DNA of 64,000 nucleotides from Leucoraja erinacea (taxonomy: Eukaryota): assembly GCF_028641065.1 (NCBI RefSeq), contig NC_073382.1, positions 8,804,001 to 8,868,000 of the forward strand, in the 5' to 3' direction. Shown piece by piece: positions 48,871 to 62,428 of the stretch (the first letter of the stretch is position 1; every line of letters starts with the position of its first letter). The position numbers were made by a program, and so were the translations under genes. The notes beneath the pieces were generated by a model. It saw only the letters and a list, made by a program, of their open reading frames with translations, did not search any database and was not told the DNA's origin.

Positions 48871-51304
48871 GAATTGAAATTATTTCTTCTTTGTTGTATT
48901 TTCCTCAAAAATCCAATTCATGTTGTACCATTTTCAATGATTTGGTTACAATATGGGATCTCTGCAGATAGTGGGGCATTCATGCAGACAGGGAAGAAAA
49001 ATGCTTCTGCATTGCACAGCATTCATGTTCAGCATTTATTCCGATATACTATTACTCATTTCCTTTCATCCATGACTGATGAAATTAATCTTTAAATAAG
49101 CTCCAAGTATAATTTCTATGGAAAGGCAGTTTGATTGTTAATTTGTTTTATATTAAATGAAAAGTCTGTTTTTTGCAAATGTGAGTGGAAAAATAGTGTT
49201 TTAAGTTTTTTAAATTGGTCAGAGGAGTAGAGAAATTTACAGAGACCAGTGATGTTAATAGACATTATTTGGTAAAATATTCTAAGGTTTATAGGTCTAA
49301 TTTTGCAATGTGCACCAATTAAGGTACAGTGATATTCGATTTACAATACAGCCATACTAAAAAAAGCAACAAGACACACAACTACATAAAAGTTAACATA
49401 AACATCCACCACAGCAATTCCCCACATTCCTCACTGTGATGGAAGGCAATAAAGCTGACTCCCGAAGTCGGTCCTTAACTAGGGACCGCGAGCTCCACGA
49501 GGCCCTGCAGGCTCCCGAAGCTCCCAAAGTACGTCCCCAGCAGAGGCGTCCAACTGCATGATGTTAGGCCGCAGTGCAGACGGAGATACAATACGGGAAA
49601 CAAATTGCATCTACGTCAAGGTAAGAGGTAAAAAAAAAAAAGGTAAGAGGTAAAAACAAGTTTCCCCAACCCCCTCCCCCGCTCCCCACACATAAAACAA
49701 GCTAAAGAACACTAAAACATCCATTTAACACATACTAAAAGAAGGAAAAGGACAAGTCAGACTGTTGGCAAGGCAGCTATTACAGGCGCCACCCGGTGGT
49801 TGTATTTGTGTTTATTGATAAAATACATCAACTTGCTTTCCAGTTTCCATTACAAATGATCATTTAAGCTTTTGGCTGTATCATTCATTATCATTAAACC
49901 GTGAGAATTAATATCCCTTTTAAATCCACCACCCAAACTTGCTAAATCATCAATTTCAACGATGACACCTGCCAAAGATTAATCAGAATCAGAATTTATT
50001 CGTCAAGTATGTTTTGCAACATACGAGGAATTTCACCGGCCAGATCAGTCATACAATTAAAAGCAATATACTCAAAAACAGATTTTAACATTAATATCCA
50101 CCATAGTGACTCCTACACATTCCTCACTGTGATGGAAGGCGAAATAAAGTTCAAGTCCTTCCTATTGTTCTTCCGTGGTCCTGGGCTTCTTGACGGGATG
50201 GTCTTGACTCCCGTAGCCGGAGGCGTTCTGGCCCTCTGCGTCGAGGCATTCAGCTCCTGCATCGGGGGGTTGTCAGCTCCCCAGCGCCGGGTGATCGAAC
50301 CTTACGTTGGGGCTGGTCGAACCTCCCGCGGCGTTGGAGTTCCGGATTAGCCTCTCCCGAGACTGCAAGCCCTTGATGGTAAGTCTGCAGGCCACGGTGG
50401 GAGCGATCCCAGGCAAGGGATCCGCTTCGAAGTTGAGTTTGTGCCCCGTGATGGGGCTCACGATAGTCCGAGGAGACCTCCAGCTCCAGTGATGGTAGGC
50501 TGCAGAGCCCGGAGGATATGACCCGAAAATTGACCACATCTCCGGGAAGGTAGGAACTTGAAAAAACGTTTCCCCCGATCCCCTCCCCCCACATAAAACA
50601 AACCGAAGTACATTAAAACAAACTTTTAACAAACGCTAAAAATAACAAAAAGATGCAAAAACAAACAGACTGCCGGCAGGGCAGCCATCTCCCCGGCACC
50701 CTGTGGTGAAGAGAATGAGAATTAAACATCTGAAAATAAAGTGAAACTGTGCATCGTCTGCTCAATGTACTAAATAATGATGACATCAAGGGATTTATCA
50801 ATGATAATAATTTATGTTATGATAATTTGCTATTTGCAATGTTATTTGAGCCCTTGAATGAGATTGCTGCTTTAACATCCTTTATTATTTGTTCACTATT
50901 AACTCATATTTGTGGATTAAGAAAATGTCTGAAAGTGAAAACTGTTTAAAAATTGTCTGACATCTGGGCATCACACAGAGCATAGCAAATAATTACAATT
51001 TGTTTAACAGACTACAATACTTTGAATTATGTGAAATAACATACTTTAAGAGAATAGCCCTAGTCCATTAGATTTGCTAAATATTTCCATGATGGACCTG
51101 TCATAAGGTTGTTCACCTGCAAGTCATCGAATTGTGCACACTTTTTGAGGTGAATATTTGTTATGATTATGAATATATTTCTCACTTTTAGTTTCTAAAT
51201 GCTGGCCACCCCACTTGATGTTTTCAAGCTCATGTGATTAAGTAATGCAGTATTTCGCAGTTATAAACAGTTGTTCTCTACATCCCTTTTTTCCCTCACT
51301 TAAG

Positions 51305-51460
51305 AATACATCAATATCCTTCGGGAAAACTCTTTCATAATTTGCCCGAATCTGAAGAAATGTTACCATCTAGAGATTTTTTACTGCCTTCTCCTGAATA
51401 CTCATTTAAAGAACGTTATCCCAACACTGAGGCCACAGCTATCAATTTACTTCTTGGGAG
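51305..51460 (+). CDS. C2CD3: C2CD3 exon 7
   Basis: Reads IHQYPSGKLFH...DFLLPSPE...TEATAINLLLGS (human DHLLPSTE...DTRAIQLLLGS). GTAAAT donor. The AAG acceptor was chosen by phase and pyrimidine tract. 156 nt. Confidence 0.85.
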
Positions 51461-51550
51461 GTAAATACTGGTTTAACTTATTAATTAACTATTTTAATTT
51501 GTTTTGTAGTTGAACTTTGCATTGGTTTCAATGTTTTCAGGTTGGTAATA

Positions 51551-52401
51551 CAGGTGCACAACCTTTTATCCGGAGTTCCAGAAACCGAAAAGCTCCGTAA
51601 ACCGGACATTTTTTCCAGGATGTCGTCTGCACACCAAAGCTCGCGTTTGGCACCAAACTTGACCCGAAACAACCCACGGTCAACCCAGGTCTGTACTACT
51701 GTAGTGGCTGCCTCCTCCCCGGAGACCGGGGAGACACTTAAACATCTGTAAATCATTGCTTAAATGTTAGTCAGTTAGTTTGGAGGGCTTTTATGTGAAG
51801 GGGGAAACTTTAATTCTTAGTCCCCTACCTGGTCGGAGAGGCGGGGAGCGGGCAATGCCTTACCGGGTCGCCGTGCGGTAAGCTCCGGAGCGCTGTGGCC
51901 GCCGACTCCCAACATCGCGGAGCTGGGGCTGCGGGCATCCGGCCGCGGGCCGCGCTGGATTTGGAGCGCCGCGCAGCCAGGGGTAGGGTTGCCGGGGTCG
52001 GAGCTCCAACCGGCGCCGCCCGCGGCCGGACGCCCGCAGCCCCAGCTCCGCGATGTTGGGAGTCGGCGGCCACAGCGCTCCGGAGCTTACTGCACGGCGA
52101 CCCGGTAAGGCATTGCCCACTCCCCGCCTCTCCGACCAGGAAGGGGACTAAGAATTAAAGTTTCCCCCTTAACCCCCCCCCCCCCCACATAAAATCCCTC
52201 CAAACTAACTGACTAACATTTAAGCAATGATTTACAATGATTCCCCGGTCTCCGGGGAGGAGGCAGCCGCTCCAGACTTTTCAAGCCGCCCGCGCTACCT
52301 ACCTAATCTACGCTAAAAATCTTCCATTCCGAAACCCGAAAAATTCCGAAATCCGAGAAGTGTCTGGTCCCAAAGCTTTCGGATAAAAGGTTGTGTACCT
52401 G
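51551..52401. mobile_element. Tc1/mariner (Tigger/pogo-like) MITE with an internal GC-rich palindrome
   Basis: TA|caggtgcacaaccttttatccg ... cggataaaaggttgtgtacctg|TA. Internal inverted arms at ~51712-51945 and ~52020-52268. Confidence 0.88.
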
Positions 52402-52654
52402 TAATGTAAAAACACACCTGTGTCAGAGGTTCCACAATTAAGAGAAACTAGGAAGTTAATTTGTACATAAGGTAATGGATGGGTAATAAGTTCTGCTTGG
52501 GGCATTCCATTAGAATTAATTATATTTTTCTATAGATATTTTTCTCGCTGGTGATTTAAAGGGAAGAACTATAATATCTAATAATAATTAAGCATTATTA
52601 TCTAATGCAGTAATTGGGGAATCGCAGTGGTAAAATTACAACTATACAGATTGA

Positions 52655-53712
52655 TATAGAGCAAATAGTAGGAGTAAACAGGTCCTTTTCAGAAAGGCAG
52701 GCAGTGACTAGTGGGGTACCGCAAGGCTCGGTGCTGGGACCCCAGCTATTTACAATATATATTAATGATCTGGATGAGGGAATTGAATGCAACATCTCTA
52801 AGTTTGCGGATGACACGAAGCTGGGGGGCAGTGTTAGCTGTGAGGAGGATGCTAGGAGGCTGCAAGGTGACTTGGATAGGTTGGGTGAGTGGGCAAATGC
52901 ATGGCAAATGCAGTATAATGTGGATAAATGTGAGGTTATTCAATTTGGTGGCAAAAACAGGAAAGTAGACTATTATCTGAATGGTGGCCGATTAGGAAAA
53001 GGGGAAATACAACGAGACCTGGGTGTCATGGTACACCAGTCATTGAAAGTAGACATGCAGGTGCAGCAGGCATTGAAGAAAGCGAATGGTATGTTAGCAT
53101 TCATAGCAAAAGGATTTGAGTATAAGAGCAGGGAGGTTCTACTGCAGTTGTACAGGGTCTTGGTGAGACCACACCTGGAGTATTGCGTACAGTTTTGGTC
53201 TCCTAATCTGAGGAAAGACATTCTTGCCATAGAGGGAGTACAGAGAAGGTTCACCAGACTGATTCCTGGGTAAGAAAGACTGGATAGACTCGACTTGTAC
53301 TCGTTAGAATTTAGAAGATTGAGGGGGGATCTTATAGAAAGTTACAAAATTCTTAAGGGGTTGGACAGGCTAGATGCAGGAAGATTATTCCCGATGTTGG
53401 GGAAGTCCAGAACAAGGGGTCACAGTTTAAGGATAAGGGGGAAGTCTTTGAGGACCAAGTTGAGAATATCATTTTTTACACAGAGAGCGGTGAATCTGTG
53501 CAATTCTCTGCCACAGAAGGTAGTTGAGGCCAGTTCATTAGCTATATTTAAGAGGGAGTTAGATGTGGCCCTTGTGGCTAAAGAGATCAGGGGGTATGGA
53601 GAGAAGGCAGGTACAGGATACTGTTGGATGATCAGCCATGATCATATTGAATGGCAGTGCAGACTCGAATGGCCGAATGGCCTACTCCTGCGCCTATTTT
53701 CTATGTTTCTAT
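52655..53712 (+). mobile_element. Young CR1 RT and 3' end
   Basis: [46 protein letters not shown]; short deletion near 53270. Confidence 0.95.
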
Positions 53713-54624
53713 GATACCTGTACTCTTGAAGTAAGGGTCATAGAATCAGAGTTATGCAGCATGCAAACAGGTCCTTCGGCCCACCATGTCCACGATGCGC
53801 AAGTTGGCCTTTTGGGGATAGTCCTATTTGGCTCGTATAACGTTCTAAATCTCTAATTTCCATATAAGGGCTATCTGTTGAGATTCTTCCAATTAAGTTT
53901 ATCAAGTACAACTGATGAGTATTGAAGTGAAATTCGAGCTTTCATTTAAAATGTTCTGTTCCATCTAAATTTTATAAAGCTGCTTCAAGGTACTTTCTGC
54001 ATGATTATTCATTCACAGTAGCGAGTTAACCTACCACCAGCAGATCTTTGGGGTGTGGGAGGAATTGAGCCCATTCAGGGGAAACTTGCGTAGTCACAGG
54101 GTGAACGTGCAAACTTCATTCAGTCATTACCCAGGGTTAGAATTGAAACTGGGTCACTGGAGATGTCTAACATCAGTACTAACTCTTTAACTATCATACT
54201 GTCCAGATATGGCATCTTAAATGCTGTATTGCAAATCCTTGAAGAAGATTCTCAAAATGTGATTTTATTGCTGCATGAGATAATAATAAACTTCCATAAA
54301 GATTTATTTTAAAGTTAGTAAATTTCTGCCTTGGTGGTTTATGGTTTTGTAGATACTGGGAGACTACAAGAGTCTGTCATGATACAAGAATTGCAATCCT
54401 GACCATCTAGAAAACCAACGGTCTAAAATTCATTTGGTTTGTGTAACATCTTGTTTTTTGGAAAGATGAAAGTTCTCATGAGATGTGAATTTCTGATGGG
54501 ATGGGATGTAGTTAACTTTTGTATCAATTTATTGTTCTACAGGTATAACGCAATGGAGCATTTTTAACAAACTCATCAATTTAAATTCAATATGTTTGCA
54601 AGATAAACATAGATCTTGATTAGA

Positions 54625-56340
54625 AAACATAGAAAATAGGTGCAGGAGTAGGCCATTCGGCCCTTTGAGCCAGCACCTGCATTCAATATGATCATGGCTG
54701 ATCATCTAAATTCAGTACCTCGTTCATGCTTTTTCCCCATATCCCTTGGTTCCATTAGCCCTACGCTAAATCTACTGTAACTCTCTCTTGAAAACATCCA
54801 GCAAATTGGCCTCCCTGCCTTCTGTGGCAGAGAATTCCACAGATTCACACCTCTCTGGGTGAAGAATTTTTTCAGTTCTAAATGGCCTGCCCCTTATTCT
54901 TAAACTGTGACCCCTGGTTCTCGATGCACCGAACATCGGGAAAATCTTTTCTGCATCTAGCCTGTCCAATCCTTTAAGAATTTTATATGTTTGTATAAGA
55001 TCTCCTCTCGTCCTTGTAAATTCCAGTGAATATAAGCCCAGTCAACCCATTCTTTCATCATATGTCAGTCCCGCTATCCCGGGAATTAACCTGGTGAAGC
55101 TATGCTGCACTTCCTCAATAGCAATAATGTCCTTCCTCAAATTAGGAGACCAAAATTGCACACAATACACCAGTTGCAGTCTCACCAGAGCCCTGTAAAA
55201 CTACAGTAGGACCTCCTTGCTCCTAAACTCAAATCCTCTCGCAATGAAGGCCAACATGCCATTAGCTTTCTTCACTGCCTGCTGTACCTGCATGCTTACT
55301 TTCAATGACTGATGTAAAAGCACACCCAGGTCTCGTTGCACCTCCCCTTTTCCTAATCTCACATCATTCAGATAATAATCTGCCTTCCTGTTCTTGCCAC
55401 CAAAGTGGATAGCCTCACATTTATCCACATTATACTGCATCTGCCCACTCACCCAACCTATCCAAGTCACCCTGCAGGCTCATAGCATCCTCATCGCAGC
55501 TCACACTGCCACCCAGCTTTGTGTCATCCGCAAACTTGGAGATGTCACATTTAATTTCCTCGTCTAAATCATTAATATATATTGTAAATAACTGAGGTCC
55601 CAGCACTGAACCTTGCGGCACCCCACTAGTCACTGCCTGCCATTCTGGAAAGGACCCCTTAATTCCTACTCTTTGCTTCCTATCTGCCAACTAGTTTTCT
55701 ATCCATTTCAATACCCTACCCCCAATACCATGTGCACTAATTTTGCACACTAATCGTTTGTGTGGGACCTTGTCAAAGGCTTTTTGAAAGTCCAGATACA
55801 CCACATCCACTGGCTCTCCCTTATCCATTCTGCTTGTTACATCCTCAAAAAATTCCACAAGATTAGTCAAGCATGTTTTCCCCTTTGTAAATCCATGCTG
55901 ACTTTGACCGAACCTGTCACTGCTTTCCAAATGTGCTGCTATAACATCTTTAATAATCGACTCAAGCATCTTCCCCACTACCGATGTAAGGCTAACTGGT
56001 CTATAATTCCCTGTTTTCTCTCTTCCTCCTTTCTTAAAAAGTGGAGTGGAGCTACCCCCAGTCAACAGGAACTGTTCCAGAGTCGAGGGAGCATTGGAAA
56101 ACGATCACCAATACATCCACAATTTCTAGGGCCATCTTCATGATTACTCTGGGATGCAGAGCCTCAGGCCCTGGGGATTTATCTGCCTTCAGTCCCAACA
56201 GTTTACCTAACACCATATCCTAATTAATGTGGATTCCCTTCAGTTCCTCCCTTCCACTGGATCCTCGGTCCCCTAGTATTTCTGGGAGATTGTGTCTTCC
56301 TTAGTGAAGACTGAACCAAAGTACTCAGTTAACTGTTCTG
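54625..56340 (-). mobile_element. CR1 LINE, 5'-truncated (1.7 kb)
   Basis: [53 protein letters not shown], with frameshifts and stops. Confidence 0.95.
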
Positions 56341-56693
56341 AGGATTAGAGGAAGTGTGGTTGACCAAGAGATTTAACTAAGTTGTATGTTTCTTAGATTC
56401 ACTTGTAGATTTGCAACTTCAAAAAAGGTGTGTCACTGACATGGTGGATTGGCGTCCATTACAGAAAATTCCAAATTTTCAATTGTGTTGAAATCTATTT
56501 TAATTTACATGGCATGGTATATGTAAGAGATAACCAATCCTTAACATTGGTTTTGCATCAGGATGATGACATCTAAATGTTCCTCACTGTAATTATGAAA
56601 ATATTCCTGAATTATTTTTTGACACAAACATTCTTTCTTCACAAAATTCCTTCCAACAGATTCATATTCTGCTTTTCATTTATTTATCTACAG

Positions 56694-56841
56694 TACTGAC
56701 TCTATACCTCTCCATTACTGGCATGGCACACACTCCCCTCCAGAGTCGTTATCTGGTGGAAGTAGTATTCTTGATGCAAGCGAATTAAACGATCCTCATT
56801 ATGACAAGAGCCTGCTGGAAAATCTCTTCTACAAGGATCCT
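56694..56841 (+). CDS. C2CD3: C2CD3 exon 8
   Basis: Reads TDSIPLHYWHGTHSPPES...[21 protein letters not shown] (human [21 protein letters not shown]). CAG acceptor, GTAAGT donor, 148 nt. Confidence 0.95.
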
Positions 56842-56959
56842 GTAAGTTTAAACAGTTACAAAGCTTCCAAGATTTTTCACATTGATAGTCGGCATGTTAT
56901 AATTAGGTGATTGCTTTATATTGACACGATAAATTGGTTTGTATTTAAAAACTTTTAAA

Positions 56960-56961
<2 letters not shown>

Positions 56962-56998
<37 letters not shown>
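56962..56998 (+). repeat. Poly-C tract
   Basis: Seen directly. Confidence 0.8.
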
Positions 56999-57524
56999 TT
57001 TTTTATGCTGTTGCCAATGTACTTATCGGGCAACAACAGTCTGGTTTCTACCAGTTATTAGAGCAGAAATTTAAAGATGCACTTAGGATAATTATTTTGT
57101 ATAATGTGTAATGCTAATATGCAGAAGGCACTCTACTTGACCACTCACAGATGAATCCTTAGAACAATGCAAATAAAATGCAGTAAATATAAAATATGAA
57201 ACAGGCCCTTCGGCCCACCAAGTCTACGGCAACCATCGATCACCCGTTAACACTAGTTCTATGAAATAGAAGCATAGTTAGTTTGTTACTTTATTGTCAC
57301 GTGTACTTCTGTACAGTAACAAGCTCGTTCTGCATGCTATTCAGTCAAATCATACTATATTTGCGTAGAATAGATCGTCTTCTGGAACAGCACGCAGAGA
57401 GACGCCACGTCCTAGCTCCATCTTACAACTTCCAAGTCTCTGCAAAGTACGATCTTGGCCAAAGAGATGTGTGATTTCTTATTTTCTCATTATTTTCTCA
57501 TTATAAGGCCTGCTTTCCTGGTCA

Positions 57525-60442
57525 CTGGGCTCTCACTTAACTTTTTTTCTCTGTTGCTAGCCGGACAACCTAGGCAGCTTTTTAGGTTGCCAAATGACAG
57601 TTTAGGTGGTCATTTAAGACGACTTGCAAGACGCGTGCGATAATGTGCTCGGACTAAGTGCGTAGTTATAAGTCGGAATTATGCTCAATGAAGCATTCAC
57701 ATATTATTTCTGCTTCAAATAAAGTCACAAATTAAACATATTCACCAATCAAGACGTGACATATACCACAATGGCATGCAGCAAAATTACAATACAGTAT
57801 CTCAACTCTTTTTACACGTTGCAAAGAAATGCAATTTCTAACCACTTCCAAACAAAAATGTGGTTGGATTATTCAGCGTATGATCAACTTCGGTGAGACC
57901 AAGCGCAAGCTTGGCGATCGCTTCGCACATCACCTCCACTCAGTTCGCAATAACCAACCTGATGTCCCGGCGGCTCAACACTTCAACTCCCCCTCCCATT
58001 CCGATTCCGACCTTTCTGTCCTGTGCCTCCTCCATGGCCAGAGTGAGGACCACAGCAAATTGGAGGAGCAGCACCTCATATTTCGCTTGGTTAGTTTACA
58101 CCCCAGAGGTATGAACATATGCTTCTCCAGTTTCAGGTAGTCTTTGCTTTCCCCTTCCTTCCCCTCCCATTCCCAACTCTCCCAATCCTACCATCTCCGC
58201 CTCTTCCTTTCCTTTTAGTGCCCCCCCCCCCCCCCGACATCAGTCTGAAGAAGGGTCTCGACCCGCAACGTTAACTATTCCTTTGCTCCATAGATGCTGC
58301 CTCACCCGCTGAGTTTCTCCATCTTTTTTTGTCTTACATCCATTCACACAAGTTCTGTTATCCCACTTTCCTCACCCACTCCCTACACATTAGGGGCAAT
58401 TTTACAGAGACAAGTTAACCTACAAAGCCAATGCGTCTTTGGGATGTGGGAGGAAACCCACACGCTTGCAGGGAGAATGTGCAAATTCAACACAGACAGT
58501 GCCCGAGGACAGGATCGAACACAGATCTCTGGCGTACGAGGCAGCAAGTCCACCAGCTGTGCCACTATATTTTGTTTTCCAACACACAAAAAATTATACG
58601 TTGATAACTTTGGTTACTAAAAAAAATAAACTATCCATTTTCAGTCTTAAATCTCTAAGTGACGCTATGTCCCCCTTTACAGCTACTGTATTTTTAAATT
58701 CAGTAGAAGACTACTGGGCAGTACATTGGACATACAGTTGCTGCCTAAAAGTGCCAGAGACCCGGAATTGATCCTGAATATGGGTGCTGTCTGTATGGAG
58801 TTTGCTCCTTTTCCCTTTGATTGCATGGGTTTTCTCCAGGTGCTCTTGTTTCCCTCCACATTCAAAGGTGGGCAGGAAGCTTTTTCAGACCCAACCCAAA
58901 CGTAATGTTTTCCTTTTGTCCAGAGATTCTGTCTGACCTGTTGAGTTACTCCAGCTTTTTGTGTCTATCTTCAGTTTAAACCAACATCTGCAGTTCCTGC
59001 CTACACACACGGTACTATACAATAGAACTTTATTAATCCCAGGAGGGAAATTGNNNNNNNNNNNNNNNNNNNNNNNNNNNNNNNNNNNNNNNNNNNNNNN
59101 NNNNNNNNNNNNNNNNNNNNNNNNNNNNNNNNNNNNNNNNNNNNNNNNNNNNNNNNNNNNNNNNNNNNNNNNNNNNNNNNNNNNNNNNNNNNNNNNNNNN
59201 NNNTATACACTTTTGTTTTCGCGTTTATAACTTTGTTTACAGAGTACTATGTTTACATATTCTGTTGTGCTGCTGCAAGTAAGGATTTCATTGTTCTAAC
59301 TGGGACGTGAGAATAAAATACTCTTGACTCTTGACTTGCGTCGCTAATGTGTGGGATAGAACTAGTGTATGGGTGGTCGGTGTGGGCTGAAGGGCCTGTT
59401 TCCGCTCTATCTTTAAATTAAACTAAAAACACTAAAACCAGAGGGAGTCTAAAGAAGGGTCTCTACCCGAAAAGGTCACCCAATTTCTTCTATCCAGAGA
59501 TGCTGGCTGCTCCACGGAGTTCTCCCGCACAATTAAAGCATGGAATAGTCTTCACCCTACCATAATTGTAATTGTAATTGTAAATCTTTATTGTCATTTC
59601 CTGAGTATTCGCATACTCGGAGGAAACAAAAAAACGTTTCTCAACCAGTGTCCATTCAGTTTTCGTTACAAAATAAATAGCAATTAAAATTAAAATACAT
59701 GTCATGAACAATTTAACCCTCTAATAACATTCAATAACATTCAACAGCCGTTCCGACCGGCAGCGGCACAACAGTGGCTCTGCTGCAGTGTGGGGTGTTT
59801 GTGCGCGATACTTGGCAGGGGGGAAAGTTCATTTAACAGTCTTATAGCCTGTGGGAAGAAGCTGAGGAGCATCCTGCTGGTTTTGCAGCTGATGCTCCTG
59901 TACCTCTTCCCAGATGGGAGGATGGTGAAAAAGTCATGCGATGGGTGGTAAGGGTCTTTGATGATGGAGATGGCTCTGTTGATGCATCTCTTCTTGTATA
60001 TGTCCAGCAGGAAGGGGAGTTACCCAACTAAATTTAAGATGGCATACAGACGCAACTAAATCTAAGGTAGCTCTTTTTTCCCCCAAGAACCCTTTTTAGC
60101 TTTGGTCCACCCTCCACCACCTCCAGTTTAAATTCCATTTAAGAAACCAAGAAGCAAGAGTTACTCCAGCTCCAGGGAGTGATTCTGTGTTGGCTTTCAG
60201 CGGTCGCAGCCTGGCAGTGCGCTTGTGCAAGGCGGCCGGCCGGCTGGCCGTGCTGGCGGATGAGGAATGGCTGGATTGCGGAGACCCGGCGACCCGGATA
60301 CGCATGGCGGGTGGAGATGGAGAATGAAAGAGAGAGAGATAGAGAGGGGGGCAAAGCCGGGCAAAATGACTCGGCTTTTAGGTTGCCCGGTGGGACTTTA
60401 GGTGGCCATTGGCAACCGGGCAACCGTTAATTTCGAGCCCTG
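57525..60442 (+). mobile_element. Composite hAT-like element, copy 2 (N gap; extra Rex-like insertion ~59565-60020)
   Basis: Ends ctgggctctcacttaac and gttaatttcgagccctg. Same internal order as copy 1, unrelated flanks, no clear TSD. Confidence 0.75.
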
Positions 60443-60964
60443 GATAAAGTAGCGTTCAGCCTGGCCCATCGCGTTGTCATCCACTCCTTCCACCATCGCT
60501 ACGTGCAGCTGCCACAGGCTGCATTTGATTTGCTCGCACACTGACTGCTATAGGACCTCCCGTGACCGCCTCCGCTGTCACCATTACTGGGGTCACCGCA
60601 AACATGCAGCCCACCACTTCTAGCAGCCGCCCTTCTCGCTGTGTGTGCCATAGTCGCTTCCTGAGACGGTCATGGAAAGTTGGGGCAGTTCCTGAGGATG
60701 CGGGGAGTGAGTTTGTGGACCATTCATAGTGCTGACTTTCCCCTTCACCTTCCACTGCTGCCATTGTTTGCTCTAAACTGAGTAAGACCCTGATCTTCTC
60801 GATCTCTGCTGAGGTCGGATGTGACGCCCAGTGTCCAACTTCAAGCAGAACAGCCATGCTATGGCCAGTCCCCGTGATTGACTGGCGTGCTCATAGCTGG
60901 TCCCTGTAGGCGATCAATGAGCACAAGTAACGGATGTGCTCTGTGGCTATGAGGAAACTGGAGG

Positions 60965-61410
60965 AAATGAGAATGATCCCAGGAATGAGTGGGTTAACAT
61001 ATGATGAGCGTTTGACGGCACTAGGCCTCTACTCGCTGGGGTTTAGAAATATGAGAGGGGATCTCATTGAAACTTACCGAATAGTGAAAGGCCAGGATAG
61101 AGTGGATATTGAGAGTATATTTCCACTAGTGGGAAAGTCTAGGACCAGATCAGAATTAAACAACGTTCCTTTAGGAAGATGAGGAGGAATTTCTTTGGTC
61201 AGCGCGTGGTGAATCTGTGGGATTCATTGCCACTGAAAGCTGTGGAGGCAATGGATATTTTCAAGGCAGAGATAGATAGATTCTTGATTGGTACAGGTGT
61301 CATGGGTTATGGGGAGAAGGCAGGAGAATGGGGTTTGGAGGGAGAGATAGATCAGCCATGATTGAATGGTGGAATGGACTTGATGGGCTGAATGGCCTAA
61401 TTGTGCTCCT
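60965..61410 (+). mobile_element. CR1 3' fragment
   Basis: RMIPGMSGLTYDERLTALGLYSL..VVNLWDSLP. Confidence 0.88.
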
Positions 61411-62151
61411 ATCAGTTGTGAAACGCGCACGGTCATATGGAGAACGTACAATCTTCAGACAGTCAGGATGGAACCCGGTTCTCTGGCGCTGTGAGGCAAC
61501 AGCTCTACCAGCTGTGCCACTTTGCAATTGGAGATGAACAATAGATGCTGGCTATTCATCAGATGTTTACATCTGGTAATTGAACAAATAAGTTCCTCTC
61601 ATCTCAGACACAAGAAATTCAGTCTGTTTAAGCATGGATTTGGTGTGAAATAACAAGTTAAGTAAACGCATGGTTTTGTGTATGGATTTGCATAATATTT
61701 TCTTGTATTTTATTTATGTGAAGAGTTTGTTCAACATTCCTGACACTTGCATTGCTGCACCCGCTGAGCTTCTCCAGCTTTTTTGTGTACCTGACACTTG
61801 CATTGTTTGGTTGTGATTGCTGTGTACTTTTACAAGTCTACATTGTCAAATTTAGTGTTGTGCTAAAATAAGGAACTGCAGATGCTAGTTTGCAAAAAAG
61901 AGAAACAAAGTGCTGGAGTAACTCAGCGGGTCAGGCAGAGACAATGATAGGTGCCGTTTCGGGTCAGGCCCCTTCAGACTGAATCAGCCCTGACCCAAAA
62001 CATCATCTATCCATGTTCTCCAGCAATTCTGCTTGACTGCTGGATTAATCCAGCACTCTTTGCCTTTTTTCAGTGCTGTGGGGTTTAGTTATAAATCCAC
62101 TTTCATGCACATTCACAGATTTCTTATCCATTTGTTGTTGCTTCCGCATAG

Positions 62152-62315
62152 AATTATGAAAGTAGCATTAGTGATTTTACTAGTGAAGATGAGGAATTGG
62201 ATACTTCAAAGAAAAAACTGAAGACGAAGTCATGTTACAAACCTGATGACCATAACCAGCATAAAACTGCTAGTAGGATAGATTTAAATCAAAACAAAGC
62301 ACAAAAGATTATCAG
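62152..62315 (+). CDS. C2CD3: C2CD3 exon 9 (gene continues beyond the window)
   Basis: Reads NYESSISDFTSEDEELDTSKKK... (human KSDTSISDFLSEEDD). TAG acceptor, GTAAAA donor, 164 nt. Confidence 0.88.
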
Positions 62316-62428
62316 GTAAAATAGTGTTTTATTAACATTTAATGTTGGTAAATGTAGGTATTTGTGTATTTAATGTACGGTTTTATATAATTTTGTTTTC
62401 TACAATTTTGCTTTAGCTTAAATGTAAG

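Noticed and set aside
52614-53714. Functional reverse transcriptase genes (also 55201-56065 and 63070-63852)
   Set aside because: These are truncated or disrupted CR1 copies with stops, frameshifts or deletions; none is autonomous within the window.
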